A DNA stretch of 64,000 nt from Flaccisagitta enflata (Eukaryota): contig OZ231126.1 in assembly GCA_965153355.1 (NCBI GenBank), positions 19,964,001 to 20,028,000 of the forward strand, in the 5' to 3' direction. Each line of letters opens with the position of its first letter. The first letter of the stretch is position 1. Made by a program: the position numbers and the translations under genes. Positions 58,611-64,000 of the stretch are shown here, in pieces. The notes under the pieces are model-generated. The model searched no databases, was not told where the DNA came from, and saw only the letters and a list, made by a program, of their open reading frames with translations.

Positions 58611-58949
58611 AGGACCTGTACGACCCTAGCCACCCACCCGCGACAATATTGCAACCCCGTATTACTTGTATCCTTTCACTCAATTCTTTCCCTCTTTTTC
58701 TTGTTTCCCTTTCTCACTATCTTTTTTCTTCTCTATTCTTCTTCATTTCTCAATTTTCCTTTTTTTTTTCATTCTCAACTTTCCTTCCTTTTTTTTTTTT
58801 TCCTTTTTTTTTATTTTTCCTTTTTTTCCTTTCTTTTTTTTTCCTTTCCTCTATTTCTTCCTCCCCCATTTTCACACTCTGGCGCGCACGATTTTGGCGC
58901 GCAAACGTTTCCGGGCGGATGAACCTGCGCGCGCCCTATCTTTTCTCTG

Positions 58950-59039
<90 letters not shown>

Positions 59040-59363
59040 CCAAATTCATTTTTTCCTGTTTCATCGCCGCCCTTGTCGCTGCCGCCACCGCCCCTGCCGC
59101 CACCGCCGCCACCGCTCCTGCCGCCCCTGCCGCCTTTGCCGCCACCGCGCCGCCGCCATGTTTCGCGTTTTGCTTCCCATCACCCTTTTCGACAGCACCC
59201 AAGTGGAAGTAATAGCCGAAACGAAGACGACGAGATGAGGAAAAGAAGAGGCGTGGCAGGGAGATTGCAGGGCAAGAAGAAAATGAAGAAGTAAAAAACT
59301 AAGAAGAAGAACAAGAAGAACAAGAAGAACAAGAAGAAGAAGGTGAAGAACAAGAAGAAGAAG

Positions 59364-59395
<32 letters not shown>

Positions 59396-59437
59396 AAGAA
59401 GAAGAAGAAGAAGAAGAAGAAGAAGAAGAAGAAGAAG

Positions 59438-59541
<104 letters not shown>

Positions 59542-59741
59542 GAAGAAGAAGAAGAAGAAGAAGAAGAAGAAGAAGAAGAAGAAGAAGAAGAAGAAGAAGA
59601 AGAAGAAGAAGAAGAACGACAACGACAACGACAACGACAACAACAACAACCCGGCGGGACATGAAGAAGAAGAAGAAGAAGAAGAAGAAGAAGAAGAAGA
59701 AGAAGAAGAAGAAGAAGAAGAAGAAGAAGAAGAAGAAGAAG

Positions 59742-59824
<83 letters not shown>

Positions 59825-59897
59825 CTGGTTATGTCAGGCAAAACGAGGACGAACCACCGATCGACCGTTTGATATATACGTATACATTTCTCATCTC

Positions 59898-60236
59898 TTA
59901 ACAAGGCCGGATACACGGCCAATACCAGTCGCGGGCGGGTGGGCAGGGGCGAAAATGCGCATTTTCACACTTTTCGACTCGTGTTCTCGGACGGACGGAC
60001 CGACGGACGGACAAAGGCTCTTATAGAGTTGCGTGTCCGCAGCTAAAAAGAGTGACTTGCTCTTTTTTAGTCGCGGACAAGCGACTCTATAAGAGGCTTT
60101 GTCCGTCCTACGGTCGGTCCGTCGGTCGGTCCGTCGGTTGGTCCGTCACGCTCGAGTCGAAAAGTGGGAAAACACGCATTACCGCCCCTGCCCACCCGTC
60201 CGCGACTGGTATTGGCCGTGTATCCGGCCTTGTTTT
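59898..60236. mobile_element. Two HINE-like family A copies, head-to-head
   Basis: 59898-60048 (-) and 60063-60236 (+) share near-identical 3' ends in opposite orientation. Confidence 0.72.
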
Positions 60237-60855
60237 CTCTCTCTCTTCCTCTCTCTACGATTTCATTCGTTGCTCTGCGGACAAAATAATTTCCGTTGAA
60301 TCCGCCGCTGATTTGACGGCGGTGCGGCAGCTCGGATACGCGCCTCAGCCAAATAAATGAACTCCTCTCATTTATGGCAGTCGAGGGAGTCGCCGAATCA
60401 AACCACTGACAAGCGAGTTATCGATCAGTGAAGGGGGAAGTTGGTAAGAAACGGAGTGGAAAGGCAAGGGAAGGGGGATCGAGGAAGGAGGAAAAAATTG
60501 AAAGGAAGGAAGGGAAAAAGGGAAGTGGGAAGGAGGAAGGAGGAAGAAATTGGAAGAAAGGAAGGAAGGAAAGAAGGGAAGTTGGAGGGACTAAGGAAAA
60601 GACAAAACATGGAAAGGAAGAAAGAAGAGAACGAATGCAAGAAGAAAATAGGAGGGAAGTATTGATGGATGGATGGAGAGAAGGAGGTAAAGCACTGAAG
60701 GGAGGAAGGACGTTCCTAATATAAAATCAAAATCAAATAATCTTGGTTCCGGATGAAACGCGGATTGAGGAAGGAAGGGTTGAGTGAGGGTAACAGGCCG
60801 AGAAAACAGGAAGTGGGGGTACGTAGACTTCAAGGGGAAGGGATGTGGCCGTGTG

Positions 60856-61372
60856 CAGAGACGTGCAGAGAAATCCTGGGCCCCCCACAACACCCGTCAC
60901 CGGGCCCCCTGTCATCGAGCCCTTCTGTCATTGGGCCCATTACCAGGCCTTCGGTCACTGGGGCCCCCATTGCCATGGTCCTAGTGTCAAGCCCCCCTTG
61001 CGAAGCCACATTGCCAGGCCCCCATTGCTGCACCCTAGTGGCCGAGCCTCTTATCACTGAGTCTTCAAAAAACTCTTTCATTATGAAGTACCTTCGATTA
61101 ATTAAGGAAAAAAAATATTTTTTCATGAAACTAAAAAAACCAATAATCTATCACAAAAAAAGAAAATACTCACAAAAAGAGGCAAACCCTTGTAGTTGAA
61201 AAAAATGAATTTCCACCTCCTGAGCTTATATCAATAAAAACTTTTTTTCTTTTAATGCTTTTTTAATCAGTTTTTTTTTCTTCTTGTTCATTATCTGGCC
61301 CTGGCGCGGGCCCCCCTTTGGCCCGGGCCCTCCCACAGTTGTGGGGGTTGTTCCCCCCTCTGCACGTCCCTG
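60856..61372. mobile_element. hAT-type MITE
   Basis: 15-bp TIR CAGAGACGTGCAGAG / CTCTGCACGTCCCTG, 8-bp TSD GCCGTGTG, and GGGCCCCC subterminal repeats. Confidence 0.88.
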
Positions 61373-61846
61373 GCCGTGTGGGGCGAAGGAGGGGGGGGCG
61401 AGACATAAGATGTTCAATTATACAGAGACGCTGTCAGAATGCGGTACGGCCACGGCCAGATCGGTGGATTCGAATCTGTGCTCGAAATAACGAAACGACC
61501 AGAGGCGATGGCGTTGGCGATGTAAATGAGTATGAACGCGCAGATTCGCGATATCAATTGAAAACGCGTCACGAAATTCCCGGGAAAACGGTCGATTAAA
61601 TCGCGTCTCGAGGGTCGCCTCAGAGACCCGTTAGCCACTATTCGTGTTGCTGCTGTTGTTGCTGCTGCTGCCGCTGCCGCTAAAGCTGCAGTAGAAAGAA
61701 ATAGAGTGACGGCCACAATGACATCAGCAACAGCGGCGCTGGAAAGGCGAAAGGCCGAAAAAGGATCCAATCTGTTGGAGTTCCTCAAAATGGCCGCCGA
61801 GGGAAATGCAAAGGAAAAGTCCAATTCATTCACAGGCGACATCTTG

Positions 61847-61891
<45 letters not shown>

Positions 61892-62322
61892 TCATAAGAG
61901 GGTGTGGTAGGGTCTGTGGGGATGAGGGAAGAAAAATGCAAAAAGAGACTTTCATTGTTCTATCAATTCAAAGAATAAATTTGGGGGATTTAGTGAACCT
62001 CATATGATGGTATCGGAAAATAGAGTGATGGAAAAACAGGAAAAGCGTTAATGTAGCAACTTCACCAACTCCCTTTTAATTCTCAAACAGAATTTTCTAA
62101 AAACGCGAGTGAAATGGAATTGGCTACAGGGCCTAAAGCCTACAGGGCCTACAGCCCACAGGCCTGCAGCGCCAACGAGCGGTTAATAAGAGAAAGTATG
62201 AACTCCCGAGAGGCCGATTTTGGGAACAAGTGACCGAAGATATAAGGGCCAATAAACGAAATTAGGAGATCGGAGGAAAAGGATTTCATATAGGAATGGC
62301 GGGGAGTTGACAGTAGATGTTG

Positions 62323-62483
<161 letters not shown>

Positions 62484-62759
62484 AGAGATTGATAGGGGAA
62501 GGGGGGAGGCGTAAAGGGAAGGTATTATTTGCGTCTCCGCTGAAACGATTCCCGAAGGCAGCATCATTACAGAGATTAATCCAGTCCATGTTAGAAGAGA
62601 TCCAAATTGAACAACTGCCTGACATGGCCATGGTCGGGTGGAGGGAGGAACGGATAAACGATAACGACGAGATAGCAATGACAAATGCTGGTTACTGAAC
62701 AGCGACAACATGAAAAAAAATAACAACATCATCAAAACGATAGCAACAACAACAAGAGC

Positions 62760-62853
<94 letters not shown>

Positions 62854-62854
62854 G

Positions 62855-62947
<93 letters not shown>

Positions 62948-64000
62948 AAAAAACACAACTTCGACGACGAAAGACGTCACCATTTCTGCTTGCTTGGCCG
63001 CATCGCTTATTTCTCGCATCGCTGAAGGACGATGAAAATTTTCTTTTACTGATAGAGGTGTCAATGCAATGCTTCCCTCTTACCGAAACTCCTTCATAAT
63101 TTTGGCATTTGGCAATTTTGAACGAAATCATGAATTCATTCATGGGAATCACGAAAATGATGTCTTCATGATCCGGAAATGCAAAGCCTCATCTTAGAAC
63201 ATCATTCCTCAGTAATGGCTTGTTCTAGGCTTGGAGGGGTGGAGTGCGCGTTTTTACACTTTTCTGGGCAGGGCTGGAAATGCGCGTTTTACACTGTTGG
63301 GCTCGATCGTTAATGACCTACGGACCAACGAACAGTCGGACAGACAAAGTCTCTTTGAGAATCGTGATTCCAAGACTGAATATGAAGTAGGCAGAACTTT
63401 TAGCACAGGCCTAGAGGACCAATTTGAGGCCTGAAGAGTTGATTTGAATCCTGGAGGGCTGATTTGAGATTTTGAGGGCCGATATGAGGTCTGGATTTGA
63501 GCACTCGAGGGCTGAATTGAGGTCTGACATATCGATTGAAGGCTAATGGTTTTCTCCTCTCTCGTTTTCGATTACGGTAATCTGCTATATTTTTCGTCCA
63601 AACTATTTCTAACCCGAAACGCCGAGCATCACTTTTCAATCAGCAATTGATTTATTTTCTCATTTTCGCTCATCCCAATTAATGTAGTAGAAACGAGCTT
63701 TAAAGATATTGCAAGAGCGGTAGACAACATGTTTCGCCAAATCATACCCAGGTTTTTGATTACTCAATCGAGAGCGGCATTATGCAAATTAGCATAATGA
63801 TCAGCATAGCCAATCGTATTCTAACGAGTTGATTAATGAAAGATTAATGCAAGTTAGGACATTTTTCATTGAATTCATTTACTCCACGTAAATTTAATGA
63901 TCACTCTGAACTTCTTTTCAAGCATTATCAGATGACCGGCGCATTTCTTTTAAATAAGTGTTGAACATTTTATTTGAATTCATTAATAGAGCAGTAAAAG

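Noticed and set aside
61414-61941. 175-aa minus-strand ORF and overlapping plus-strand ORF
   Set aside because: No recognisable domain, partly simple repeat, and no convincing splice pair.

Overview
Eukaryotic, intron-rich DNA from an invertebrate animal; the species cannot be identified from this window. The left half holds 14 coding exons (10501-32438, +) of an Oaz/ZNF423/ZNF521-family multi-C2H2 zinc-finger gene. Its N-terminal exons were not found in the window, and it continues five fingers past the position where vertebrate ZNF423 ends. A convergent aquaglyceroporin gene (NPA + NPARD, - strand, ~35233-42377) follows, with two candidate last exons. At 50692-57302 (-) is a very young 6.6 kb LTR retroelement with 808-bp LTRs and a CTAT TSD, encoding only a Gag-like ORF and no pol. 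Its non-coding region is built from arrays of RNA stem-loops sharing a CGAAGU-type hexaloop with compensatory stem changes; this is the most unusual signal in the window. The rest comprises MITEs (TA, 8-bp and 9-bp TSD types), Helentron-like interspersed repeats, minisatellites and very dense microsatellites. Most ORFs in the supplied track are microsatellite artefacts. All coordinates and alignments were read by eye.
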